Shown here: positions 9,621 through 20,155 of the stretch, in pieces
Layout: every line of letters starts with the position of its first letter
How positions within the stretch are numbered: the first letter of the stretch is position 1
Source of the DNA: Alphaproteobacteria bacterium
GTDB taxonomy: Bacteria; Pseudomonadota; Alphaproteobacteria; SP197
Direction of reading: 5' to 3'
DNA: 64,000 nucleotides
NCBI GenBank assembly: GCA_964291265.2
Contig: OZ219747.1
Coordinates: forward strand, 1,568,001 to 1,632,000
Position numbers and translations under genes: made by a program
Notes under the pieces: model-generated
Databases searched by the model: none
What the model was told of the DNA's origin: nothing
What the model saw: the letters and a program-made list of their open reading frames with translations, nothing else

Positions 9621-10534
9621 CAGAAGACCGACGACCCGTCCCTCAGCGTGACATCACCGGACTGCAGGAGAGTGTGAGACGCCATGGCTTCGGCATGTAT
9701 CTCGATGCCGTCGACAGGGAGACGACGGCATCCGTTCGCGAGCGTGTCCTGGAGCAGGCGGCAGCCGAACGACAGGTCGACCTCCACACCACCAAATCTG
9801 CGGTGGAACCCGAAGACGACGTCAACCAGTGGGTCGTCTTCCTGCCCAACAAGGGGCGCGTCTTTCGCCGCCTCATCAACAACAAACCCTGCCTCGACAT
9901 CGTCCGCTTCGTTCTGGGACGGCAGGCCATCCTCTCCGAGTTTTCCGCCCACATCACCTGGCCCGGCAACCGGGAGATGCCGCTCCACATCGACCAGTGG
10001 TTCATGCCCCACCCGGTAGAGCCCGGCGCGGACTATCCGCGTCCTTCCGACATCACGCGAAGCCGTCAGCGCTGTGGCGACCCTGTGCCGGCCACCGGAC
10101 CCGTCAACCCGCCGGTGGTCTGCAACGTCATGTTCGCCATCACCGACTTCACCCTGGAGAACGGCGCCACCCGCCTGGTTCCGGGAAGTCACCATTCGGG
10201 CTGCCATCCGGATCCCGCACAGCCCTGCGCTTCTGTTCACGCGGAGGTCCCGGCCGGAAGTTTCGTTGTCTGGGAGGGTCGCACCTGGCATGCCGCAAGC
10301 CTCAACACCGGAACCGGCCCCCGCATCGGCATCACCACCTACTGGTCGGCGCCCTTCCTGCGCCAGTTGCTCAATTTCCCCTATGGTCTGCGCCCGGAAG
10401 TCGCCGCCGACCTCACCGTGCACGAGCGCGGCCTCATGGGCTTCAGGACCTGGAGCACCTATGGCACAAGCGACGACTTCGAGTCCGAATGGGCGCGGCC
10501 CGGCTGCGAAAACACGGGCCCGCTTTCCCGCTGA
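9617..10534 (+). CDS. Phytanoyl-CoA dioxygenase (PhyH) family Fe(II)/2OG oxygenase
   Basis: LHIDQ (HxD), DFTLENGATRLVPGSH, GRTWHA; ATGA overlap with upstream gene and AGGAG RBS. Confidence 0.88.
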   Translation: MTEDRRPVPQRDITGLQESVRRHGFGMYLDAVDRETTASVRERVLEQAAAERQVDLHTTKSAVEPEDDVNQWVVFLPNKGRVFRRLINNKPCLDIVRFVLGRQAILSEFSAHITWPGNREMPLHIDQWFMPHPVEPGADYPRPSDITRSRQRCGDPVPATGPVNPPVVCNVMFAITDFTLENGATRLVPGSHHSGCHPDPAQPCASVHAEVPAGSFVVWEGRTWHAASLNTGTGPRIGITTYWSAPFLRQLLNFPYGLRPEVAADLTVHERGLMGFRTWSTYGTSDDFESEWARPGCENTGPLSR

Positions 10535-11440
10535 ACCCGGCAGGGAACTCCGATGCGGCAGCGTGTCGCCGGGTTCCAGTCCGTCAGTGTTCCGAACGCC
10601 ACGGTGGCGACGATGACCTCGAACCATCTCACCTTGCGGCCCTGGCCATCCGCCGGCCTTGCCGGAACGGACTGCGACATCGACGTCACACGACTCCGGC
10701 AGCACGCTGGAACATCGGTCGGCCCGCTTGCGGCATGTGTCCGTGAACCTGGTCTCCTCAAGGCGCTGGGCTTCGCTACAGGAGTGCGTGGATGACAGAG
10801 GTGCAACGGAACACGGACGCTGACCATGGACCAAGGCCTGCCGAGTCGAGGTCTCGCTGTTGCCGCGGGCCTGGCGGAGCTCGTGACCGATGACGCGCAG
10901 GTGCTCAAAGACGCCTCGAAGCCGTCATCGGCGAGCGCATTTCGGCGCTCGAAGGCGTCGGCGAGGACCTGTAACGGGAGGGCGAGGCGGGCCAAGAAGT
11001 GGGTCCGGACGGCACGGAACGTGGACGCGACCGGGTCATGGACTCTACCATCCGGCGGTTCGAAGCGGCCTGCGGGCGCGACGAGAAGGCCACCCGGGAG
11101 ATGGCGCCGGTCCGCGACCGATCCGCGCGCCCGTCGCCGGACCGGACGCTGACCGCGAGGCGCCCGAGCCCGAACCGCCGACTAAGACGGGGTTAGAGCG
11201 AGATGGACCTCGGCCGGCAGGCACGGGGCCGCGAGTTCGCCACCTCCTTCTGCTGTCTCGAGGAACCGGTCTGTCCGTCCGGGATGTGCGCGGTGCCGGG
11301 GGATCCATTGTCAGGATCCTGGCCGAACAGCACCGGTGTCGATTCCGGGAACGGAACCTCGCTCCTTCGCGCCGCACGGTTTGACCGATACGGCAAGGCA
11401 TGTCAGTATCGGACATGATCTGACGTGGCGTGATTCCACG

Positions 11441-11683
11441 ATGCCGAATGTTCACCTGACCGACCAGATGCGCCACTACGCTCAGGGACAGATCGACGCT
11501 AGCGCCCATGCCAACCTGAGCGAAGTCGTGCGCGCCGGGCTGCGGCTGCTCATGGAGCGCGATGGCGCACGGCAATTCCATGCGCTGAAGGGAGAGCTGG
11601 AGGTTGCCGTGCGGTAAGCGGAAGCCGGAGGGTTCGAGGAATTCGACCCCGTGTCCGACGAGCCGGACGTGGGATCGAGGTAG
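11441..11683 (+). pseudogene. parD: ParD-family type II antitoxin, premature stop
   Basis: MPNVHLTDQMRHYAQGQI...NLSEVVRAGLRLLMERD; TAA at 11615-11617, with in-frame AEAGGFEEFDP continuing after it. Confidence 0.75.
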
Positions 11684-11693
11684 CCGCCGCGCC

Positions 11694-12012
11694 GTGACGA
11701 TCCGGCTGTCGCGCCGGGCGCGCCGCGATCTGGACGAGATTCGGCGCTATACCGTCGAAACCTGGGGCAGCGAACAGTGGCTCGGCTGCTGTGAGGGGCT
11801 GGTGCGCACCTTCGAACGGGTCGCGGACGACCCGGGCGGTGGGGCGCGACCGGAGTCTGTTCGCGTCCGGACTGTGCTCCCTGACCTACCGGCGGCACGT
11901 GGTGTTCTTCGCCGGGATTGCCGCGGCCGACGATGCGCCGGTGATCCTTCGCATCGTCCATCAGCGCCGCAACCTGCCCGCGCTTGCGTATTTCGAGGAC
12001 ATCGGCGGCTGA
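11694..12012 (+). pseudogene. parE: ParE/RelE-family toxin, frameshifted
   Basis: IRLSRRARRDLDEIRRYTVETWG; after a frame change near 11840, GRDRSLF...RHVVFF...VILRIVHQRRNL. Confidence 0.78.
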
Positions 12013-12439
12013 GTTCACCGCCCGAACCGTCACGCCGGGTCTTCGCCGAGGGCATCCGCCATCGCCAGGCGTCCGTCCTTGGCGTGTTGCCGAGTTGCTT
12101 CCTGCGCTGATCGCGGAGCAATTTCCTGGCTTCGGAGCCAAGGTCAACAGGCAAACGCCGCGGCAGGTGTCCCCGATCAGCGCGGGGTGACCGGGCTTGA
12201 TCGCGGCCCCGGCGGTCGAAGGCACCACGGCAAGCGGAAGCTCACAGCCTTCGAAGAAGGCACGGCGTTCGGCGAAGGGACGAACCTGCCACCATGGCGA
12301 GGGGGCGCCTGTGGGCGTCCATGAGGATGGTGGACGAAGTCTCTCCCTGGTCCGACACAAGGGCTCCTGTGGTCTGGTGCGCGAAGGCGCCGGGCTGGGT
12401 TCATCAGCGTTGCGACGCGCGAGGACTGTTCTGTCGCAA

Positions 12440-12993
12440 GGATGCTTGTGCATGTCGTAGGCATGCCGGCGTCTGTTGACGAGTTCCGACCTTTGTGCGC
12501 CGATGTCGAAGACAGGGACCGGGACTTCTGGAGACCGCTCGACATGCTGCTCCATCAAGATTGTCACGTTTTCGTCTCGGCATCTGAGCTTGGACCTCGG
12601 GTCGCCCCTGATGTGTGGTCTGGAGACCGTGAGGATGGCATGGCCGAAGGGGAGAGCGTCTTGTTGCGGGCAGGAAGGACGGCAGCTGGCGGATGGAACC
12701 CGAAGACGGCGGGGTCTTGTCCGAGCCCCATGCCAACAAGGAAGTTCACGGTCCGGCGACCTGCGACCACGCCAGCGGCACGTGCATCGAGGGTGCCACG
12801 AGAAGAGTTCACGGCTCGTGGACGTTCCGCCACCCGGGTCGCTACAGCGCGGGCCCCTGCGAGACGGACCACAAGCGCGGAACATGGACCTGCTTGCGGG
12901 TCCGACGGCGTGTACGCTCGGGTGCCATGCGAGAACGGCGTGGTGCATGGCGAGTTGATGGTCAGCCGCCCTGAAGGGACTTGGGGACGCTGA
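12440..12993 (+). pseudogene. Degenerate MORN-like repeat protein remnant
   Basis: Fragments HGPATCD, HGSWTFRH, KRGTWT, PCENGVVHGEL resemble MORN 'GxxHGxW' units spread across frames. Confidence 0.35.
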
Positions 12994-13030
12994 TCTACCG
13001 GCAAGGTACAAGATCCGGCGGAAAGTTGAC

Positions 13031-14437
13031 ATGGCGCGAGTCGAAGGGGCCGGGACCGGCTGGGCTGATCTGTTTCGTGAAGGTCGCGCACCGCTCGTCC
13101 TCGCCCTGACACTGGGTATCTGGCTACACGCCGCCGACAGCTTGCTGGTCGTCACCACGCTGCCCAGCGCGGTCGCCGAAATCGGCGGCGACGCCTACGT
13201 GCCATGGGCCTACACGCTCTACATGCTGGCCACGATCATGCTCAGCGCCTTGACCGGCCTGATTGCCATGACCTTCGGCTTGCGGTGGTCCTTCATTCTT
13301 GCCGGCACCCTCTTCGCAGCCGGGTGCGTGATCTCCGCGCTGGCGCCCGACATGGCGGTGATGCTGGTGGGCCGTTTCATCCAGGGTATGGGCGGCGGCA
13401 GCCAGGTCGCGCTGGTCTACGTCGCTCTCGACCGTCTGTTCCCCAAGGCCATGTTGCCCAAGCTGGTGGCGCTCATCTCGGCAGTCTGGAGCATGTCGGC
13501 ATTCTGCGGCCCGCTCGTGGGCGGACTGTTTGCCAGTCAGGGAATGTGGCGCAGCGCATTCTGGGCCTTCGCGCTGCAGGGCGTTCTCTTCGTCGCGCTG
13601 GTCGCCGCCACCGTGGCTCATGGTCGGCGCGCCCGCAGTCCGGAGGCGACGGGAGGCATTCCGGTCTTCCGGCTCGCGCTGCTCGCCGGCGGCATTCTGT
13701 CCGTGTCGCTGGCGGCCGCTGATCCCGATCCCCTGATCACACCAGCCATGACGATCACCGCCCTTGCCGCCTTCGCGTCGTTCCTGTGGCGCGATGCCCG
13801 ATCCGGTGACAGGCGCATGCTGCCGCTGCGCCCGTTCTCGACGGCCACGTCCTACGGCTCGGGACTTCTGCTTGCGGTCCTGCTTGCCACGGCCACCAGT
13901 TCGTTCTTCACCTACGGTCCCTTCCTCCTGGAGCGCCTGTTCGGACTGTCGCCGCTCGAGTCCGGCTATGTCGTCGCCATCGAATCGGTGGCCTGGGGCG
14001 TGGCCGCGGTCGCCATCGCCAACGTTGGACAGATGACAGAACGCTGGCTCATCCGCACAGCTCCCGCCGTTGCGATCGTCGCGCTTGCAGGTCTCTCCTT
14101 CACCATGCCCATCGGACGGGTCTGGGCTGTCGTTCCGTTCGTTGTCCTGCTTGGCGTGTGCTTCGGTCAGATGTGGGGCCTGGTGATCCGGCGGGTAACC
14201 GAGGCGGCGGTTCCGGCCGACCGCGAGCGGATATCGGCCGCCATCCCCACCGTGCATCAGTTCGGTTACGCCCTCGGCGCGGCGCTCTGCGGCCTGATTG
14301 CCAACACGCTGGGTTTCGCAGAAGACGCGCCCCTCGAGACCTTGCGCACGATCGGCGCGTGGGTCTTCGCCGCTTTCGTTCCGTTCGCCGTGGCCGCGGC
14401 CTGGCCGGCCTGGCGGATGGGCCGGAAACGGTCCTAG
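13031..14437 (+). CDS. MFS transporter
   Basis: ~14 hydrophobic segments; LVGRFIQGMGGG, GPLVGGLF. Confidence 0.9.
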   Translation: MARVEGAGTGWADLFREGRAPLVLALTLGIWLHAADSLLVVTTLPSAVAEIGGDAYVPWAYTLYMLATIMLSALTGLIAMTFGLRWSFILAGTLFAAGCVISALAPDMAVMLVGRFIQGMGGGSQVALVYVALDRLFPKAMLPKLVALISAVWSMSAFCGPLVGGLFASQGMWRSAFWAFALQGVLFVALVAATVAHGRRARSPEATGGIPVFRLALLAGGILSVSLAAADPDPLITPAMTITALAAFASFLWRDARSGDRRMLPLRPFSTATSYGSGLLLAVLLATATSSFFTYGPFLLERLFGLSPLESGYVVAIESVAWGVAAVAIANVGQMTERWLIRTAPAVAIVALAGLSFTMPIGRVWAVVPFVVLLGVCFGQMWGLVIRRVTEAAVPADRERISAAIPTVHQFGYALGAALCGLIANTLGFAEDAPLETLRTIGAWVFAAFVPFAVAAAWPAWRMGRKRS

Positions 14438-14669
14438 CAGTTCAGTCTTTCGGCGCGACGACCGCCGCATAGTCCATGGCGGCCGTTGTTGAAAAGCTCT
14501 CCTTGCCGTCCTTCATCGCAATGCGTCACGACAGCCTCGCCTTGCGCTCGCTCGTCCGTTCGTGGAACCCGTTGGCCGGGATCAGGCAACGGCGTGATCT
14601 CCGGGCAGGCGCAGCGCGAACTGCGTGTGCGCGGCCTCCAGGTCTGGCGGCTGCGAACAGCTGGACAGG

Positions 14670-14770
14670 CAGTTCTCCCTGAACGCGCCCTTCAAGGGGT
14701 GGAACCGGCAGCCGGGCAGGCCATCAGGCTTCGAGTTCCTCCAGCAGCGCCGCGAGCTTAGGCAGCGTGC
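14670..14770 (-). pseudogene. HigB/RelE 'plasmid maintenance killer' toxin fragment
   Basis: LPGCRFHPLKG resembles the conserved HigB PG.RLHPLKG motif; the rest is degraded. Confidence 0.4.
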
Positions 14771-15126
14771 ATGTCGCGACCGAGGTGACTGCCCTGACTG
14801 ACAGGTTTCGGAAAGCTCGTGCGTGTTCGCAGTCAAGGCCGGCGTCGGCTCGTTGCGCACCATCGTGGATCAACTGGAAACCGTAGAGTGGTTCGCGGTC
14901 CGTCTCCACCGGTGATCAGCAACCGGTGAGACGACTTGGTTCGTCGAGGGCATCGCCGTCTGTGACAAGGCTGGCCTGGAGGAGGGAGTATGGGGTACCT
15001 TCGACCGGATCGCGGAGGAAATCGTACCCGTCGCGGCGGCATGGCCGCCGGATCATGGGGGCTCGCGCGACACGTACGGGTAGCGACCGGTTTACTGACG
15101 ATGACAAGATCTTCCGGGAGTGGAAG

Positions 15127-16290
15127 GTGACGAACGGCGCCTCGGCCCATGCCATCGCGAACCAGCGCCACCTCTTCGACATTCCGGACGAGGTGGCCTA
15201 CCTCAATTGCGCGTACATGGGCCCGCTCATGCGCTCGGCAGTCGAGGCGGGCGACTGCGGGATTCGGGCGAAGGCGCGGCCGTGGGGCATCTCCCCCGAC
15301 GACTTCTTCGCACCTGGAGAGTGCGCCCGGGAGCAGTTTGCCCGGATTATCGGCGCGGACGCGGAGGGCGTGGCCCTAGTCCCGTCTGCGAGCTACGGGC
15401 TCTCGTGCGCGGCGCGGAACATGGATGTTGCGCCGAACGCCGAACTCGTGGTCCTTGCCGAGCAGTTCCCCTCGATCTTCTACACGTGGAAGGAGCTGGC
15501 AAAGACGCGGGGCGCCTCGTTGGTGACCGTCGTCCGTCCTGAGGACGACGACTGGACGCGGGCCACCCTTGATGCGGTCAACGAGCGAACCGCCTGCGTC
15601 GCGTTGCCCCACTGCCACTGGACGGATGGCGGATATCTCGACCTCGTCCGGATCGGAGCCCGGTGCCGCGAGGTTGGCGCCGCGCTCGTTCTGGACCTCA
15701 CCCAGTCGGCGGGAGCGCTGCAGTTCGATGCGGGCGCGGTGCAGCCCGATTTTGTGGTGTGTGCGGGCTACAAGTGGCTCCTCGGCCCGTACTCTCTCGG
15801 ATTCCTTTGGGTGGCCCCGGAGCGCCGCGACGGCCGGCCGATCGAGTTCAACTGGATCGCTCGGGCGGGGTCCGAGAACTTCGCGCGCCTCATCGACTAC
15901 CGCGAAGACTACCAGCCCGGCGCCCGCCGTTTCGACGTGGGGGAACGTTCGAACTTCATCCTGGTCCCGATGCTGAATGCCGCGCTCGAGCAGATCCTCG
16001 CGTGGGGGGTCGGGGCCATCGAGGCGACCCTTGCCGCGCGGACCGCGGTCATTGCAGCCCGCGCCACGCGTCTTGGCCTTGGCTCGGCGCCCACTGCTCT
16101 TCGCGCCGGACATTTCCTCGGCCTGCGTTTCCCGGGCGGCGAGTTGCCGGCCGGACTCCTTTCCGCTCTCGCTGCGGAGCGAGTTCACGTCAGCGTGCGG
16201 GGAGCGTCGTTGCGGGTAACGCCACATGTCTACAACACCGACGAGGACATCGACCGCCTCTTCGCAGCTCTCGAACGGGTTCTCGACTGA
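15127..16290 (+). CDS. Class V PLP-dependent aminotransferase (kynureninase/cysteine desulfurase/epimerase-like)
   Basis: YLNCAYMGP, LDLTQSAG, GYKWLLGP (PLP lysine), RVTPHVYN. Confidence 0.9.
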   Translation: MTNGASAHAIANQRHLFDIPDEVAYLNCAYMGPLMRSAVEAGDCGIRAKARPWGISPDDFFAPGECAREQFARIIGADAEGVALVPSASYGLSCAARNMDVAPNAELVVLAEQFPSIFYTWKELAKTRGASLVTVVRPEDDDWTRATLDAVNERTACVALPHCHWTDGGYLDLVRIGARCREVGAALVLDLTQSAGALQFDAGAVQPDFVVCAGYKWLLGPYSLGFLWVAPERRDGRPIEFNWIARAGSENFARLIDYREDYQPGARRFDVGERSNFILVPMLNAALEQILAWGVGAIEATLAARTAVIAARATRLGLGSAPTALRAGHFLGLRFPGGELPAGLLSALAAERVHVSVRGASLRVTPHVYNTDEDIDRLFAALERVLD

Positions 16291-16399
16291 TGGACCGGGA
16301 GGTTCCGGAAGCATAGCCAGATGAGCCTTGATTCACCCGCCTGATGCCTCTCAACATGCTACATCCATATAGGGATCTCATTCCCGTCATCTCTCGCCG

Positions 16400-16523
16400 A
16401 CAAGCGTTCGGTCGAAGGGTGACAATGATGGGGACGACATTGGCAAGTGCGCATGGCCCCGGGACTCGCCTGCATTCGCTCAGTGCTGTCATCGCCCCAA
16501 TCACCGCGTGACCGAACGCCTAC
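16400..16523. mobile_element. IS66-type MITE (family A)
   Basis: Ends ACAAGCGTTCGGTC...GACCGAACGCCTAC; homologous to 1141-1261. Confidence 0.72.
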
Positions 16524-16599
16524 ACGGCGCTGCTTCTCGGCAGGGGTGAGGTCAGGATGTCTGAATTCATCCTGACATGGCAGGCCTTGGCGGAATGAG

Positions 16600-16801
16600 C
16601 CTGCCTCCAGCGCCTCGTCGTCGAGAGATCACGGGCCTGCGCACGATCCAGGCCCGAGACCGCAAACCGCTCCAGCGTCTGCCACACCGAGCGTTGCGCC
16701 ATGCCGCAGTGCCGGGCCATGGAACGGCCGCTGCGTCCGTCATCGAGGTGAAACGACAGAACCCTCTTCACCTGCCTCATGGGTCGTCTCTCCTGTGCCA
16801 T
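16600..16801 (-). pseudogene. istA: IS21-family IstA transposase N-terminal remnant
   Basis: MAQERRPMRQVKRVL...SGRSMARHCG...LERFAVSGL, typical IstA HTH start; truncated. Confidence 0.7.
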
Positions 16802-17138
16802 CCCGCGTTTCCTGGATCGATCGCGACAATCCAGACGACGGAACAGCTCCTCGGGTCGAACGAAAACGTTCGCTCCAGGAGGTGGCTATCAGCGTGAGAT
16901 TCCGCAGGCCGACAGGCGTCATTGTTGAAGCCCGGCCCTGACTGTCGGCATCCTGCAAGTCGTCGTCGACTGCGCTGGTTGCAACCGCCTGGGCAAGGAA
17001 TTCGATCGCCGAGCGATGTGGCGCTTCGGCTTGCCGGTCGCATGGCCGGAGCAGGAGGAAACCGTTCCCATGGCCATTGACAGGCACGTGCGCGGGTGAT
17101 GCGCCAAGCCCTCTGCAAGAAGGGGAAGGGCCGTTCCT

Positions 17139-18188
17139 TCATCCCCACTTCGTGATCGACACGACGGACGGGGAGGTTCCCTGCCTGATCGCAACGGTGA
17201 CCGGACGGTCCTCTTCGAGGGATGCCGACAGTGCGTCGAGCACACGTATGGCGGCCAGCGCCTCGTGGTAGTCCTGAACGAAGGGGGCGGAGGTCTGGAC
17301 GGACTCGGCGAAATGCATGAGTTCGTCCCTGAGATCGCCCGTTATCCGCCCGTTGATCTCGGGCCAGAGGTGTGTGTCGGCGGCCTTCGGACCTTCCGCC
17401 GTGATGACCTGAAAACCCTGGTCACGCACGTCCAGCAGGACGGCACTGTCTGTTCCGACCACCTCGAACGCGGCATGGTAGCCGGCGGGCAGGCCATCCG
17501 GCCATGCCCAGCTGTAATCGAGGATCCCGACTGCTCCGTTGGCGAAGTTGACCACCGCGTAGAGCGCGTCCTCGTTGCCGTTGGAAAGTTTCCTCACCGA
17601 CTGGGCGTACACCCGCACGATGGCAGAGCGGGCAACCCACTGCATCATGTCGATGTCGTGGACGCCGAGATAGAAGAGGATGGACGAGGCTGCGCCGATT
17701 CTCTCGGCCAGACTGCGGACCGCGTTGCGCTTTGCCCGAAGATGGATCGGTTCGCCCAGTCGCTCCGGGTGTGCCGCAGTGTGGAGCTGAACATAGCGCG
17801 GGTCGAACCGGAGAACATGGCCGACCATCAGCCTGATCCCTGCTTCCTCGACCACGCGCGCGATCGTCTCCGCAGCTCCGGCTTCGTGCGCCATGGGCTT
17901 TTCCAGAAGAATATGCTTGCCGGCGCGAGCCGCCGCGGTCGCCGGTTCGACGTGAAAGCGATCAGGAGTGACGATGCTGACTGCGTCGATGTCGTTCCGT
18001 TCCAGCAGGGAGAGCGTTTCGCGGTGGTAGGCGACTCCCAGACTGTCCGCCAATCCCTTGCCGGCCCGCGCGTCCGGGTCTGCAACCGCGACGAGTTGTG
18101 TGTTCGGAAGTTCACTCCAGACCCGTGCGTGCAGACTTCCCATGAAGCCGGCGCCAAGGACACCCATACGCAGACGTTCACGGGTCAT
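17139..18188 (-). CDS. Gfo/Idh/MocA family oxidoreductase
   Basis: GVLGAGFMG, LLEKPMA, VGHVLRFDP, GVHDID. Confidence 0.92.
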   Translation of the reverse strand: MTRERLRMGVLGAGFMGSLHARVWSELPNTQLVAVADPDARAGKGLADSLGVAYHRETLSLLERNDIDAVSIVTPDRFHVEPATAAARAGKHILLEKPMAHEAGAAETIARVVEEAGIRLMVGHVLRFDPRYVQLHTAAHPERLGEPIHLRAKRNAVRSLAERIGAASSILFYLGVHDIDMMQWVARSAIVRVYAQSVRKLSNGNEDALYAVVNFANGAVGILDYSWAWPDGLPAGYHAAFEVVGTDSAVLLDVRDQGFQVITAEGPKAADTHLWPEINGRITGDLRDELMHFAESVQTSAPFVQDYHEALAAIRVLDALSASLEEDRPVTVAIRQGTSPSVVSITKWG

Positions 18189-19285
18189 GCTGATGGCACT
18201 CCTTCGTGCTTGGGGTGGGGGAGGACGTTTCCCGCCTGATCGAACAACAGGCAGTGCGCAGGGTCCGGCGCCGCATGGAGTCGGTCGCCGAAACGGCCCG
18301 CAAATCCGGGTTCCACCAGGGCGTGCAACTTGTTGCGACGGTCGTCCTCAAGGATCACCACCGATTCTCGTCCGAGGTGCTCGACGGCGAAGACAGTGAC
18401 CGGCAAGGCATCGTCCCCGGGCTCGTCACGGACATGCAGATGTTGCGGGCGGATGCCGAGTGTTGTCGGCTTGGCAGCGGCGACGGGGCGGTCGGGCTCG
18501 ACGACGAGGTTCCGGGCGACGAACCGGGCGCGCCCCTCCTGTGCGACGATCTCTCCCTCGATCAGGTTCATCGGAGGCGAGCCCACGAAACCGGCCACGA
18601 ACAGCGTGGCCGGGCGGTTGTAGATCTCGTCCGGCGTACCGATCTGTTCCAGTCGGCCGGCGTTCATGACCGCGATCCTGTCGCCCATGGTCATGGCCTC
18701 CACCTGGTCGTGGGTCACGACGATCATCGTTGTTCCAAGCCGCTTCTGGAGATTGACCAGCTCGGCGCGCAGGGTGAGCCGGAGCGCAGCATCGAGCGCG
18801 GCCAGGGGTTCGTCGAGAAGAAAGGCGCGCGGCTGGCGGACGATGGCCTTGGCGGTGGCGACGCGCTGGCGTTCCCCGCCCGAAAGCTGACTCGGCGACT
18901 TGTCAAGCAGGGCCTCGATGCCGAGGGTCGACGAGGCTTCTGCGATCCGCCTGTCGGCTTCCGCCCGCTTGAGTTTCTGCTTGGCGAGGCTCGTGCGAAT
19001 GTTCTGCCGTGCCGTCATATGCGGGTAGAGCAGCGACGACTGAAACACCATGGCAATGTTGCGCTGGTGCGGCGACGCCGTGGTGACATCGTCACCGTCG
19101 AACAGAACACGTCCGGAGGTAGGCGTTTCCAGGCCTGCGATGCAGTTGAGCGTCGTCGTCTTGCCGCAGCCGGATGGCCCTAGGAGCACGAGGAGTTCGC
19201 CATTCTCGACCATGAGATCGAGGTCGCGCACGGCAACGTGGCGATGGAAGGCCTTGTGCAGACGATCGAGCTGGATACGGGACAT
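18185..19285 (-). CDS. Carbohydrate ABC transporter ATP-binding subunit (MalK-like)
   Basis: GPSGCGKTT, LSGGERQR, LLDEP, VTHDQVEAMTMGD, FVAGFVGSPPMN. Confidence 0.95.
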   Translation of the reverse strand: MSRIQLDRLHKAFHRHVAVRDLDLMVENGELLVLLGPSGCGKTTTLNCIAGLETPTSGRVLFDGDDVTTASPHQRNIAMVFQSSLLYPHMTARQNIRTSLAKQKLKRAEADRRIAEASSTLGIEALLDKSPSQLSGGERQRVATAKAIVRQPRAFLLDEPLAALDAALRLTLRAELVNLQKRLGTTMIVVTHDQVEAMTMGDRIAVMNAGRLEQIGTPDEIYNRPATLFVAGFVGSPPMNLIEGEIVAQEGRARFVARNLVVEPDRPVAAAKPTTLGIRPQHLHVRDEPGDDALPVTVFAVEHLGRESVVILEDDRRNKLHALVEPGFAGRFGDRLHAAPDPAHCLLFDQAGNVLPHPKHEGVPSA

Positions 19286-19288
19286 GGC

Positions 19289-20155
19289 TCAACGCACCGG
19301 GTCGACGAGATTCATGTCAGCGATGTGCCTCTGGAGGAAGAACGCCACGAGCGCCGGCGGCACCATGGTCAGGACAATCGCTGCAGCGAGGTGAGAAGGT
19401 TCGGGATGCTGGAACAGGAAACCGGAAATGGCGGTCGGCAGGGTGTTGGCAGTGGTGCCGTTCACCAGTATCAGCGCATAGGTGTATTCGTTCCAGGAGA
19501 AGAGGAAGGCGATCACGGCGGCAACGGCGACGCCGCTTCGTCCCAGCGGCACGATGATCTTGACGAAGGTCTCGAAGCGCGAGAAGCCGTCGATGCGGGC
19601 CAGCCGCTCCACCTGGGGTAGATTGCGGAAGTATCCGATCAGCATCCACGTCACGAAGGGAACGGTGATCGTGAGTGTGACGATGATGAGGCCGACGAGC
19701 GTGCCCGAAAGGCCAAGCCGCACGTACATGGCGTAGAACGGGATCAGGGTCGAGACCGGGGGCAGGGCCACCGCCAGCAGGATCGCGAAGAGCAGCTTGT
19801 TCTTGTGGGGAAAATCAAGGCGCGCGAAGACATAAGCCAGCGGCAGCACCACGAATAGCGTCACGACCGTGACGACCGCCGAGACGATCAGGCTGTTGCC
19901 GAGTCCCCGGATGATCTGCTTGGCCTGCCCGGAGCCACGTCGGAGCAACCCGTTGACCATTTCGTAGTCGAACCCGAAGATGTTGAAGAAGGCCGCCGGC
20001 GTGGGCTCCAGAGGATAGAGGGGCTGCGGGAAGCGTGCGATCTCGTCCGGTGTCAGCAGGGAATTCTTCAGGAACCAATAGATGGGCAACAGCGTCCAGA
20101 CCAGGACGACCGCCAACGCCAGCCATGCCCACACCGTGGAGATGCGAATGCTCAA
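19289..20155 (-). CDS. Carbohydrate ABC transporter permease
   Basis: NSLIVS, ARIDG EAA-like loop, FLFSWNEY; TTG start overlapping the upstream stop. Confidence 0.92.
   Translation of the reverse strand: MSIRISTVWAWLALAVVLVWTLLPIYWFLKNSLLTPDEIARFPQPLYPLEPTPAAFFNIFGFDYEMVNGLLRRGSGQAKQIIRGLGNSLIVSAVVTVVTLFVVLPLAYVFARLDFPHKNKLLFAILLAVALPPVSTLIPFYAMYVRLGLSGTLVGLIIVTLTITVPFVTWMLIGYFRNLPQVERLARIDGFSRFETFVKIIVPLGRSGVAVAAVIAFLFSWNEYTYALILVNGTTANTLPTAISGFLFQHPEPSHLAAAIVLTMVPPALVAFFLQRHIADMNLVDPVR

Noticed and set aside
10550-11400. ~850 bp with several short ORFs
   Set aside because: No recognisable motif; probably decayed gene debris, so no call can be supported
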